Notes under the pieces: model-generated
Seen by the model: only the letters and a program-made list of their open reading frames with translations
The model's database searches: none
What the model was told of the DNA's origin: nothing
Shown here: positions 1 to 7,717 of the stretch, one piece after another
Layout of the letters: every line of letters starts with the position of its first letter
How positions within the stretch are numbered: the first letter of the stretch is position 1
Position numbers and translations under genes: made by a program
Source of the DNA: an uncultured Candidatus Saccharibacteria bacterium
GTDB lineage: Bacteria > Patescibacteriota > Minisyncoccia > UBA6257 > 2-01-FULL-56-20
DNA: 40,038 bases
NCBI GenBank assembly: GCA_964483045.1
Contig: CAYZZK010000001.1
Location: forward strand, 1 to 40,038
Direction: 5' to 3'

Positions 1-63
1 GAAGCAAAAACAGACAATGCGTGCGAACCAGTTTTGTATGAAGTATAATACCGCAGTATATCC

Positions 64-876
64 ATGAAGAAATTGAGCCGAGAAGTTTTTGCCGGGAAGG
101 AGCTTTTCGTGTTTGATCTTGACGGTACGCTCGCGCCGAGCAAATCGGTCGCGGATCATGAGATGATCGGCCTGCTTCTTCGTCTTCTTGAACATAAGCG
201 CGTTGCCGTGATAGGCGGTGGAAAATATGAGCTTTTCCGGGAACAGCTCATACAACGTTTGCCGAGAAAAGATAAGCGACTTGAGCGGCTTTTTCTTTTC
301 CCGACCAGTTCAACGGCGTTTTATCGATTTAGGCGCGGAAAATGGATATGTGTATACTCGCATGGACTTTCTGGGCGCGAGAGAAAAAATATAAAGGCGG
401 CATTTCTCGTGGCGTTCAAAGAGATTGCGTATGAACCTCCGGCGCGTACGTATGGCCCAGTGATCGAAGATCGGGGAACGCAAATTACTTTTTCCGCCTT
501 GGGGCAGGAAATTATTCGAAAACTCGGTGTCCGGCGCGGCCTTGCGCTCAAAGAGGAGTGGAATAAAAATCACGATGTGCGGCCACAACTTATGAAAGCG
601 CTTCGACGGCTTTTGCCGGGGTTTGAAGTTCGGCAAGGAGGACTTTCTTCCGTGGACGTGACTCGAAAAGGGATCGATAAGGCGTACGGTATTCGTCAAA
701 TCGAGAAAACACTCGGCATTTCAAAGAAGAAAATGCTTTTCGTTGGAGATGCGATTTTTCCAGGTGGCAATGATTTCGCAATTGTTCAAGTCGGGGTTGA
801 TTATATAAAAATTAAGGATCCAAAAGAAACAAAACGAATTATTCGGAAAGCGCTAGCTGTTCAGGATAAAATTTGA
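64..876 (+). CDS. HAD-superfamily hydrolase, subfamily IIB (phosphomannomutase/Cof-like phosphatase)
   Basis: 270-aa ORF. Has HAD motif I FVFDLDGTLA (DxDGT) and a C-terminal FVGDAIFPGGNDF motif typical of HAD-IIB. Confidence 0.75.
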   Translation: MKKLSREVFAGKELFVFDLDGTLAPSKSVADHEMIGLLLRLLEHKRVAVIGGGKYELFREQLIQRLPRKDKRLERLFLFPTSSTAFYRFRRGKWICVYSHGLSGRERKNIKAAFLVAFKEIAYEPPARTYGPVIEDRGTQITFSALGQEIIRKLGVRRGLALKEEWNKNHDVRPQLMKALRRLLPGFEVRQGGLSSVDVTRKGIDKAYGIRQIEKTLGISKKKMLFVGDAIFPGGNDFAIVQVGVDYIKIKDPKETKRIIRKALAVQDKI

Positions 877-985
877 GGGGGGTATCGTGCCGTGAAGATA
901 AACGTGAATATTGAGGCGCTGGGTTAAGCGCAATAAAAAATTAGAGTCCCTGCGATTTGTAAGTATGCGGGCAAGCTTACATGTT

Positions 986-1025
986 AAAAGCGCTCCGACC
1001 TCGGAGCGCTTTGTTTGTTGTTTGT
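986..1025. terminator. Bidirectional intrinsic terminator between convergent genes
   Basis: Hairpin AGCGCTCCG-ACCT-CGGAGCGCT (about 989-1010), with an A-run upstream and the T-rich tract TTGTTTGTTGTTT downstream. Confidence 0.6.
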
Positions 1026-1037
1026 ACGGTTGATTTT

Positions 1038-2156
1038 TTACCGCAGCGCTACATCTTTCTCCGTGAAGACCACTCCGTTCGGCAAAACAACTCGTTTCTT
1101 GCCGTCGGGAGAGTCGCGAACCGTTCCGATGATCCACGACGAGAAGCCGAGATCGTCGGCGTAGCGCTGGGCCAACATCGCGCTCTCTTCGGGCAGAATA
1201 AAAGCATATCCCATTCCCATGTTGAATTTGTAATACATCTCCGCGTCAGAGAGGTTCGCACGTTTTTGAATGAAGCCGAAAATGGGATGAGGCCCCGGCA
1301 GCGCGTCGATTTTGTATTCTAAAGCGGCCGTGGCCCTCGCCAGTTTCGCCCATCCATGCCCGGTGTTATTGACGATCGAATGAATCTCGATGCCGGCCTC
1401 CATGCATGCATTCACTAGCGGCCCGTAGAGCAAGGTCGGCTGAAGCAGGGCTTGGCCGAATGTCTGCCCGCTGGGAATGACGGTTTGGTATCCTTCCTCG
1501 CGTAATCGCTTCGCCCGGATGTCGCGGCAGAGCGTGTGCCCGTTGTCATGGATGCCCGAGCTGCCGATTCCCAATATCTTGTCTCCGGCGCGAATGTTTT
1601 TGGATTCAATAGGGCGCTGCGGCTTGGGAAGAAATCCCCATGCGAAGCCGGCGATATCCACCGTGTCGGGGAAGATCACGTCCCGATTCATCGGAGTTTC
1701 TCCGCCCCCATAGATTGCATGGAGGTGTATGCAGGCGTTTGTCCATCCCACACCGAAGTCATGAAACCTTTTCTCTTTCCTGAACATCTCGTTGGCCCCG
1801 GCTGCAAGGTACATAAAGAAGGCAAATGGCGGGATGCCGCTCGTACTTAAATCGTTCGCAATAACAGCCACCGAAGACCAGCCGATTGCATAAAAATGCG
1901 ATATGCCCGTGGTCTCCTCGATTTCCTCGGCGATTTTATTTCGTGTTCCCAGGCCCTCGATCGTGGAACCAACATAACCCAAAGGGGTTTCGATTACATG
2001 AGCGCTTTCGCCCCGGCATCCTTCCAACTCGCTGAACCCGGGTTGATAAAAACTCTTCAGGGTTTCTCGCCCGAATTGCTGATACTGTTTTTTTACGGGA
2101 TCAATGGCGCTGTAGTCAACTGCGTATTCGATTCCCATTGTCGTTGTCATATTCAT
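1038..2156 (-). CDS. AIR synthase-related (PurM-like) protein
   Basis: 372-aa ORF. Contains PurM-family-like blocks (STIEGLGTRNKIA, IGWSSVAVIANDLSTSGIPP, GIGSSGIHDNGHTL). It is divergent from canonical PurM. Confidence 0.6.
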   Translation of the reverse strand: MNMTTTMGIEYAVDYSAIDPVKKQYQQFGRETLKSFYQPGFSELEGCRGESAHVIETPLGYVGSTIEGLGTRNKIAEEIEETTGISHFYAIGWSSVAVIANDLSTSGIPPFAFFMYLAAGANEMFRKEKRFHDFGVGWTNACIHLHAIYGGGETPMNRDVIFPDTVDIAGFAWGFLPKPQRPIESKNIRAGDKILGIGSSGIHDNGHTLCRDIRAKRLREEGYQTVIPSGQTFGQALLQPTLLYGPLVNACMEAGIEIHSIVNNTGHGWAKLARATAALEYKIDALPGPHPIFGFIQKRANLSDAEMYYKFNMGMGYAFILPEESAMLAQRYADDLGFSSWIIGTVRDSPDGKKRVVLPNGVVFTEKDVALR

Positions 2157-2310
2157 ATGTCCCTGTTGTCAATAGAAAAACAACATTGTTTTTCCTGCTT
2201 GCCAGAACCAGTCTGGAATGCTCTGCGAGCAGTTTACATTGCAACGCTTTAAAGTCAATAAAAACCTTGTTTTATTGACAGACTGTCCGCGCCGGAACTA
2301 TAGTTTGGGA

Positions 2311-2790
2311 ATGCCAGACTATCTTTTCAACTCGCTTGGGCTCAAGGTAACCGTACAAGAGGTGGTGCAAGAAATCATCTCGTTTATGCGCGCCGACGAG
2401 GAGCGGCAATACAAAGTTACCATCGGTACGGATTCACAACTGCTTCCCGGAAGCCAGGCGGATTTTGTGACGGCGGTCGTTGTGCACCGGATCGGGAACG
2501 GCGGGAAATATTTCTGGCGCCGGATGCCGAGAGAAAAAACCCACACGCTGCGTGAACGCATCGTCCGCGAGGTGTTGATTTCACTTGATATTGCGAAGGG
2601 CGTCTTGGGCGAGCTCAAGAAATTCGATCTTCCGAAATTCGATTTCGAAATTCATATTGACGTTGGCGAGAACGGTCCGACGAAGCAGTTGATTTCAGAT
2701 GTCGTTTCGCTCGTGCGCGCGAACAATTTCGAGGCGAAGACGAAGCCGGAAAGCTATGCGGCGACGAATGTGGCGGATAGGCATGTATGA
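2311..2790 (+). CDS. YkuK/DUF458-like RNase H-fold protein
   Basis: Contains KVTIGTDSQ ... DFVTAVVVHRIGNGGKYFW, typical of the family. The ORF track opens at 2218, but the ATG at 2311 (MPDYLF) is the more plausible start. Confidence 0.5.
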   Translation: MPDYLFNSLGLKVTVQEVVQEIISFMRADEERQYKVTIGTDSQLLPGSQADFVTAVVVHRIGNGGKYFWRRMPREKTHTLRERIVREVLISLDIAKGVLGELKKFDLPKFDFEIHIDVGENGPTKQLISDVVSLVRANNFEAKTKPESYAATNVADRHV

Positions 2791-2804
2791 TTTTGTTAGT
2801 TTAT

Positions 2805-2880
2805 AAGTTAACGAGTTTGCGGGTTAACGAGTTCCAGCTTCATAACGCGTTAACTCATTAACCCGTTAATCTTGTTAACT
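2805..2880. promoter_or_regulatory. Array of GTTAAC/GTTAAT/ATTAAC hexamers upstream of the exonuclease gene
   Basis: GTTAAC at 2807, 2823, 2849 and 2874; ATTAAC at 2858; GTTAAT at 2865. GTTAACGAGTT occurs as a direct repeat (2807 and 2823). Confidence 0.4.
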
Positions 2881-2887
2881 AAAAATA

Positions 2888-3460
2888 ATGGATACCCTTA
2901 TATTCGACATTGAAACGCAAAATTTTTTTACCGATCCCGGAGTTGGGCGAGATAATTTTAGCGCCCTAAAAATTTCCGTCGTCGGGATATATTCGTACGC
3001 CCAAGCAAAATATTTTTGTTTCGGCGAGGAAGAAGTTTCTAACATGGCGGAACTTTTTCGCGGAGCATCAAGGATCGTGGGATTTAGCATAAATAGATAC
3101 GACGTGCCGGTCTTGAATACGTACTTCCAAAAGTTGGGGCCTGCATCGATCAATCTGTGGAATAAAGACCGAGTGGATCTTTTGGAAGAGATCGAATCCT
3201 TAACCGGCGAGCGGGTCAGCTTGAGCCGGCTTGTGGCGGCAAATGGCGGGAAACCCAAAGACCATCATGGATCGGAAGCAATTAGTCTCTATAAAGAAGG
3301 ACGGATTGACGAGCTTAAGGAGTATTGCCTGAACGACGTAAAAATCACCAAAGATATTTATGATTTATATAAGAGAGACAGCTCGCTTCTCGTGCCGGAT
3401 AAGAAAACTGGGATCGTGGCAAAAATAATGTTCGCGAAAAAGCATCCGGCGCTGTTCTAG
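2888..3460 (+). CDS. RNase H-like 3'-5' exonuclease (DEDD family, PolB-exo/YprB-like)
   Basis: Has Exo I-like LIFDIETQ and Exo III-like YCLNDVKITKDIY motifs. 190 aa. Confidence 0.65.
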   Translation: MDTLIFDIETQNFFTDPGVGRDNFSALKISVVGIYSYAQAKYFCFGEEEVSNMAELFRGASRIVGFSINRYDVPVLNTYFQKLGPASINLWNKDRVDLLEEIESLTGERVSLSRLVAANGGKPKDHHGSEAISLYKEGRIDELKEYCLNDVKITKDIYDLYKRDSSLLVPDKKTGIVAKIMFAKKHPALF

Positions 3461-3539
3461 AGTGATGCGAATAGACTAGGCACGTGCAAATGACGCGAAT
3501 ACTGTCCTCAAAAAAGTGTCGGAAAACGTGCAGTTGTAT

Positions 3540-3567
3540 TTGACTTTTCTTGAGGAGTTGTTATAAT
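3540..3567 (+). promoter_or_regulatory. Sigma70-like promoter upstream of the DGR target gene
   Basis: TTGACT (3540-3545), a 16-nt spacer ending in TGT, then TATAAT (3562-3567). Confidence 0.5.
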
Positions 3568-3659
3568 TCCGAAGTTCTTTGAAAGCTATATTGCTCGCTT
3601 TTTCGCCCCAGCATTTAGGACATTTCTAAATCTGTGTCTTACGTGCTGCGGCGAAAAGG

Positions 3660-4346
3660 ATGAAACACAACCTTGCATGTGCGAGGCCGTTCAAGTCCGC
3701 GCCGTTAGAGATAGTTATGACAAAATCCGAACCGAAACAGCATTTCACGCTTCTCTCAACGTTGGCCGCAAATGCGAATTTGGGCCAGTTCACCACAGAA
3801 CAAATCCAAGTCGGCATTAGCGAGCCGGAGCGTGCCGGACAGGAATTCGCACTCTTTGTAGCGAATGGATTTCGGGTCCAAGCCGAGGACTTCTTCCGCG
3901 ACACCAACGAACTCACGATCCAGGTCCCTGCTCTCCCGCGACCGACGCTCACAGAGCTCCAATCGAAATTCGATTGGGTCAAGTCTATCGAACGCGATAC
4001 CTCGCCGACGGAAGCTCTGACGCTCAAACTCGCAACAGTGCTGCGAGCCGAGGAGAAAAATTTGATCAGCGGTTCTGAATATGAACGCCGCATTGAACCG
4101 AAGAAAAATCTCATCGTGGGTTACCAACATGCCTGCTGGCTCGTAGAGCACCAGGACGAATCCCCGGACCTTATGAAACTCTTAAGAAACGTCTATATAG
4201 ATTGCCCCGGGCTTGTCGTGGTGAGCTCCGATGGCCACCGGCACTATCCGTGTCTCGGCCACGATGGCAAGCGGTGGGACGTGGATTGGCGCTGGATCAG
4301 TTATGGCTTCGGCCGGCGCGGGCGTGTCGGCGTTTCCAGCAAGTAG
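3660..4346 (+). CDS. DGR target (variable) protein, N-terminal domain of unknown function
   Basis: 228-aa ORF. Its last ~42 codons are the VR. An alternative start is the ATG at 3717 (MTKSEPK). No obvious signal peptide or TM segment. Confidence 0.75.
   Translation: MKHNLACARPFKSAPLEIVMTKSEPKQHFTLLSTLAANANLGQFTTEQIQVGISEPERAGQEFALFVANGFRVQAEDFFRDTNELTIQVPALPRPTLTELQSKFDWVKSIERDTSPTEALTLKLATVLRAEEKNLISGSEYERRIEPKKNLIVGYQHACWLVEHQDESPDLMKLLRNVYIDCPGLVVVSSDGHRHYPCLGHDGKRWDVDWRWISYGFGRRGRVGVSSK
4217..4340 (+). repeat. DGR variable region (VR)
   Basis: Aligns without gaps to 4681-4804. There are 19 mismatches, all opposite TR adenines. The last 20 nt are identical and GC-rich (IMH-like). Confidence 0.9.
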
Positions 4347-4400
4347 TAAACACTGGATTTCTTGCGCCCTTGGCTTTGGCGCTTGGATTCTTAAACACTT

Positions 4401-4438
4401 TGGCCTTCCAAATCAATTTGGAAGGCCATTGAATTTTT
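4401..4438 (+). terminator. Hairpin plus T-run downstream of the target gene (terminator and/or DGR target-recognition hairpin)
   Basis: TGGCCTTCCAAA-TCAA-TTTGGAAGGCCA (4401-4428), followed by TTGAATTTTT. Confidence 0.6.
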
Positions 4439-4680
4439 GATAAAATAAATTTGGATAGTAGATTATATGTGCGTGGCTACGGTTGCGTACGATCGAATTC
4501 TGCGGCGGCATTGTCGGAATTACAGCGGAAGGAATAATCCTTTTTCTCTAAGAGTGCAGTGCTTATCCGTTTTATACTATTGCTACTTGGTGCGAAGAGC
4601 TATGGAATTAAGATTCCGAATACGATGCAGTCCTAAGAGAATTTTCAAAGGACGGTGGAATGGACGGCTTTTTGCACAAT

Positions 4681-4804
4681 CGTGGTGAACTCCGATGACA
4701 ACCGGAACTATCCGTATCTCGACAACGATGGCAAGCGATGGAACGTGAATTGGAACTGGATCAGTAATGACTTCAACCAGAACGGGCGTGTCGGCGTTTC
4801 CAGC
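4681..4804 (+). repeat. DGR template region (TR), non-coding
   Basis: Not inside any substantial ORF. It is rich in AAC/AAT codons when read in the VR frame (VNSDDNRNYPYLDNDGKRWNVNWNWISNDFNQNGRVGVSS). 34 adenines, 19 of them changed in the VR. Confidence 0.9.
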
Positions 4805-4841
4805 TATTCGCAATAGATATAGCAGCAATGCTTGGCGGGCA

Positions 4842-5177
4842 TTAACTTTTTGTTTGGTTTTTAATCCACCCGCCGAGCATTTTGCCTATTTCTTCGAGCG
4901 GTTCAGAAAGCAAGATATATTTTTTGTTATCGAGCGCTTTTATTTCCCAGCACACCTGTATGAAAAATTTTGCAAGATCTAGCTTTCCACTCGCCCGCTC
5001 GAGGTACGCAATTTTCTTTTCTTTGGCGAGATAGCTCGCGATAAAAACAGACTCAATTGTCTCAGCTAGGAGCGAGTCAATTTTCAATCCAAGAGTGTAG
5101 CGGGCGGTTTTCGGAATGTGTTGTAAAAACTCGTGCCAGAGTTTGTATGCCTGTACCAAGTGCTGAATGATTGGCAA
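4842..5177 (-). CDS. avd: Accessory variability determinant (Avd-like four-helix-bundle / 23S rRNA IVS family protein)
   Basis: 111 aa with a helical heptad-like pattern. Family-typical ...YTLGLKIDSLLAETIES... and ...LEEIGKMLGGWIK C-terminus. Apparent TTG start. Opposite strand to TR and RT. Confidence 0.75.
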   Translation of the reverse strand: MPIIQHLVQAYKLWHEFLQHIPKTARYTLGLKIDSLLAETIESVFIASYLAKEKKIAYLERASGKLDLAKFFIQVCWEIKALDNKKYILLSEPLEEIGKMLGGWIKNQTKS

Positions 5178-5185
5178 ATTCCTAA

Positions 5186-5194
5186 GGGGGGGGG
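5186..5194. repeat. G9 homopolymer in the avd/RT divergent spacer
   Basis: Nine consecutive G within the 39-nt gap between the avd start (5177, minus) and the RT start (5217, plus). Confidence 0.9.
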
Positions 5195-5216
5195 CGTTCC
5201 ATGAAAATCTTTTTGC

Positions 5217-6212
5217 ATGAAAATTCAGCTTACCTCACGTCTTAATGAAATTGCAAGCGCTGAAAATTTGCTTGGCGCATGGAGGGAGTTTGCGCGCGAC
5301 AAGCGCCGCAAAACAGATGTACAGGAGTTTTCGGCGCGACTTATACATAATCTTTTTTTGTTACGCGCTGAGCTGCACAATCATACCTATCGGCATGGCG
5401 GATATCACGCATTCAAGATTTCCGATCCTAAGCCAAGAGATATTCATAAGGCGAGTGTGCGCGACCGCGTACTGCACCACGCACTCTACCGGGTACTCTA
5501 TCCATTTTTTGAAAGGACGTTTATTGCGGATTCTTTTTCGTGCCAATTGAACAAGGGAACGCACCGAGCACTTTCTCGCTTCGAATTTTTCTCGCGGAAA
5601 GCAGGCTGCAACAATACGAAGGCCTGCTGGGTATTGAAATGCGATGTCCGGAAATTTTTTGCTTCGATTGATCACCGGGTTCTTATGGATATTCTGCGGC
5701 AGTATATACCTGACGAAGATATTTTATGGCTTCTCTGCGAGATCATCGGAAGTTTTTCTTCAACCGCGCCTGGCGTTGGTTTACCGCTTGGAAATCTCAC
5801 TTCGCAGCTTTTGGTGAACGTATACATGAACGAATTCGATCAATTTACAAAACATAAACTCAAAGTTGAATATTATGTTCGATACGCGGATGATTTTGTG
5901 ATTATGTCGAGCGAGCGATCGCGGCTCGAACATTTTCTGCCTCGCATAGAGGAATTCTTGCGTGAGCGGTTGAAACTGAATTTACACCCCGATAAAGTTT
6001 TTATACAAACACTTGTATCGGGTGTTGATTTTCTCGGATGGGTGCATTTTCCGGATCATCGGGTGTTGCGTCCTGCGACAAGACGTCGGATGTTTAGTAA
6101 GCTCAAAAGCGTTCCGAAGCCCGAAGCGGTTCATTCGTATCTAGGGTTACTGAAGCATGGAAATGCGTACAAACTCCGCCGGAAAATAGAAGAAAATTAT
6201 TGTTTCGGCTAA
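5217..6212 (+). CDS. DGR reverse transcriptase
   Basis: 331 aa. YADD catalytic motif at 5883-5894. LPLGNLTSQLLVN at about 5784-5820 (the SQxxxN signature of DGR RTs, versus QGxxxSP in group II introns). No maturase or endonuclease extension. Confidence 0.9.
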   Translation: MKIQLTSRLNEIASAENLLGAWREFARDKRRKTDVQEFSARLIHNLFLLRAELHNHTYRHGGYHAFKISDPKPRDIHKASVRDRVLHHALYRVLYPFFERTFIADSFSCQLNKGTHRALSRFEFFSRKAGCNNTKACWVLKCDVRKFFASIDHRVLMDILRQYIPDEDILWLLCEIIGSFSSTAPGVGLPLGNLTSQLLVNVYMNEFDQFTKHKLKVEYYVRYADDFVIMSSERSRLEHFLPRIEEFLRERLKLNLHPDKVFIQTLVSGVDFLGWVHFPDHRVLRPATRRRMFSKLKSVPKPEAVHSYLGLLKHGNAYKLRRKIEENYCFG

Positions 6213-6220
6213 TTATTCCG

Positions 6221-7717
6221 CTATATTTTGCATACCTTCGGCCGCCAGCGAGGGAGGTTCTGTGCAGACCATTCCGACGACCCTCCGCGGATACTCCATG
6301 CCTCAATACCTTTGCTTCGCAGGAACTCGGCAATCGTTTTTGTTCGCATTCCCATGGGGCACACAAGAATTATTTTTTTCTTTTTCCATTCGCGGATTTT
6401 TTTTGGCAAATTCTCTGTAATTTTATACGCATCAATTCTTTCCGATCCGGCAATATGAAAATGGAGGAATTCGCCGCGGCTTCGGATATCGATTACTAAA
6501 ACATCTGGGCGCACTAACATCTTTTGGTCGTTGCTGAGGCGGTTCCATGCTTCCTTTTGAGGTATTTTATATATCATGTTGTATGCGTCTTCCGGGTCTA
6601 TGTCGAAATGAGCAAGCGCATCATCGGTTTTTATTTTTTTAAATTTCCCTTGGTTCGGTTTATTGATAAGAATTTCCTCGTTTTGAATTTTTGGGAAATA
6701 TGATTCACCCAGATATTCAAAGTATTCATTTAAATATGGCAACGGGCTGTCCGGGCACATAAACACAGCGATAACTTGGCCGTTTTTATTTTTTAAGTCC
6801 TTAAGTTTTTCTCGTTTTTTATATTTGCGCAGGAATTGGAGTAAGCCGGCGAGTGCAAAACCAGAACTTGGCCCAGCCATAAATCCGGCGCGGCATAATT
6901 CCAAGCTTTTCCCAAACGATTCTTTCGTGCCAATCTCTTCCATGCCGTCGACCGAGTTTCTCCAGTCGAACGCTATTTCATGCAAAAGATGCGGGGTTCT
7001 CACTCCGGGAACGGGGTTATTCGGTTTTCGAGCAACGCCGACCGTAAAAATATTCGGAGTTTTCTTTTTTAGGTAGCTGCTAACTCCCAGCATGGTTCCA
7101 GTCGTGCCAAGACCTGCGCAAAACACGGATATTTTCCCTTCGGTTTGCTCCCAGATTTGAGGCGCGGTCCATTTTTCGTGCGCCCCTGGGTTTGCTTCGT
7201 TATCATATTGCCCTGGGTTGAACCATCCTTTTTTTCTTCCCAGTTTTTTCGCTTTGTAAATGCCACTATCTTTATCCTTTGGATCGGGGCAGATCGGTTC
7301 TTCATTCACTATAATTTCCGTTCCGAAAAGGCGCAGAAGCTGCAGTTTCCCCCACGTTACTTCGTGCGACACAAAAGCTTTTGTGTGTGGGATGCCAAAA
7401 ATTCTGCCGATCACGGCAAGAGAGAACACCGTATTTCCCGAAGAATTCTCAATGAGCTTCTTTACCCCCTTCAATTTTCCGGTTTCCTGCTTTTCAAGCA
7501 GCATATTATACGCTGGAAGTGACTTTACATTTGCCAAAGGTAAAAAGTTCATAAGCTTAGCAAAAATCCGTACACCGTCTTTGGTAAACGGGTTCAGCGA
7601 TTCCGGTATCTCGACCAAGGGAAGCGGAGGGCTATAATCTGGATTCAGAAAATTTTTTATAGCTTCCGGTCCGGCGAATACATTAAAAAGATTTTTTTTC
7701 TGAATAGCTTTTTGCAT
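6221..7717 (-). CDS. PLP-dependent cysteine-synthase-family enzyme fused to a C-terminal rhodanese domain
   Basis: CysK-like blocks: NVKSLPAYN (PLP Lys), ENSSGNTVFSLA, GLGTTGTMLGV. The C-terminal rhodanese has the active-site loop CPMGMRT. Overlaps the upstream gene by 35 nt. Confidence 0.7.
   Translation of the reverse strand: MQKAIQKKNLFNVFAGPEAIKNFLNPDYSPPLPLVEIPESLNPFTKDGVRIFAKLMNFLPLANVKSLPAYNMLLEKQETGKLKGVKKLIENSSGNTVFSLAVIGRIFGIPHTKAFVSHEVTWGKLQLLRLFGTEIIVNEEPICPDPKDKDSGIYKAKKLGRKKGWFNPGQYDNEANPGAHEKWTAPQIWEQTEGKISVFCAGLGTTGTMLGVSSYLKKKTPNIFTVGVARKPNNPVPGVRTPHLLHEIAFDWRNSVDGMEEIGTKESFGKSLELCRAGFMAGPSSGFALAGLLQFLRKYKKREKLKDLKNKNGQVIAVFMCPDSPLPYLNEYFEYLGESYFPKIQNEEILINKPNQGKFKKIKTDDALAHFDIDPEDAYNMIYKIPQKEAWNRLSNDQKMLVRPDVLVIDIRSRGEFLHFHIAGSERIDAYKITENLPKKIREWKKKKIILVCPMGMRTKTIAEFLRSKGIEAWSIRGGSSEWSAQNLPRWRPKVCKI

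Larger units (their letters stand above)
3660..6212 (+). mobile_element. Diversity-generating retroelement cassette (target/VR, TR, avd, RT)
   Basis: A VR/TR pair with adenine-only mismatches, an Avd-like gene and a DGR-type RT all lie within 2.6 kb. Confidence 0.9.

Noticed and set aside
2218-2310. The N-terminal extension of the YkuK-like ORF given by the ORF track.
   Set aside because: The extension overlaps the divergent promoter region of the PurM-like gene and adds non-conserved residues before the family core. The ATG at 2311 is preferred, although this is uncertain.
4467-4982. Small ORFs 4467-4688(+), 4583-4828(-) and 4767-4982(+) in the DGR spacer/TR region.
   Set aside because: They overlap the non-coding TR or the avd gene in other frames, have no motifs, and have odd composition. 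The TR is expected to be non-coding.
5217-6212. The reverse transcriptase interpreted as a group II intron maturase or a retron RT.
   Set aside because: There is no X/maturase or En domain and no intron domain V/VI-like RNA flanks. It has the SQxxxN motif rather than QGxxxSP, and an adjacent TR/VR pair with A-only mismatches, all of which point to a DGR.
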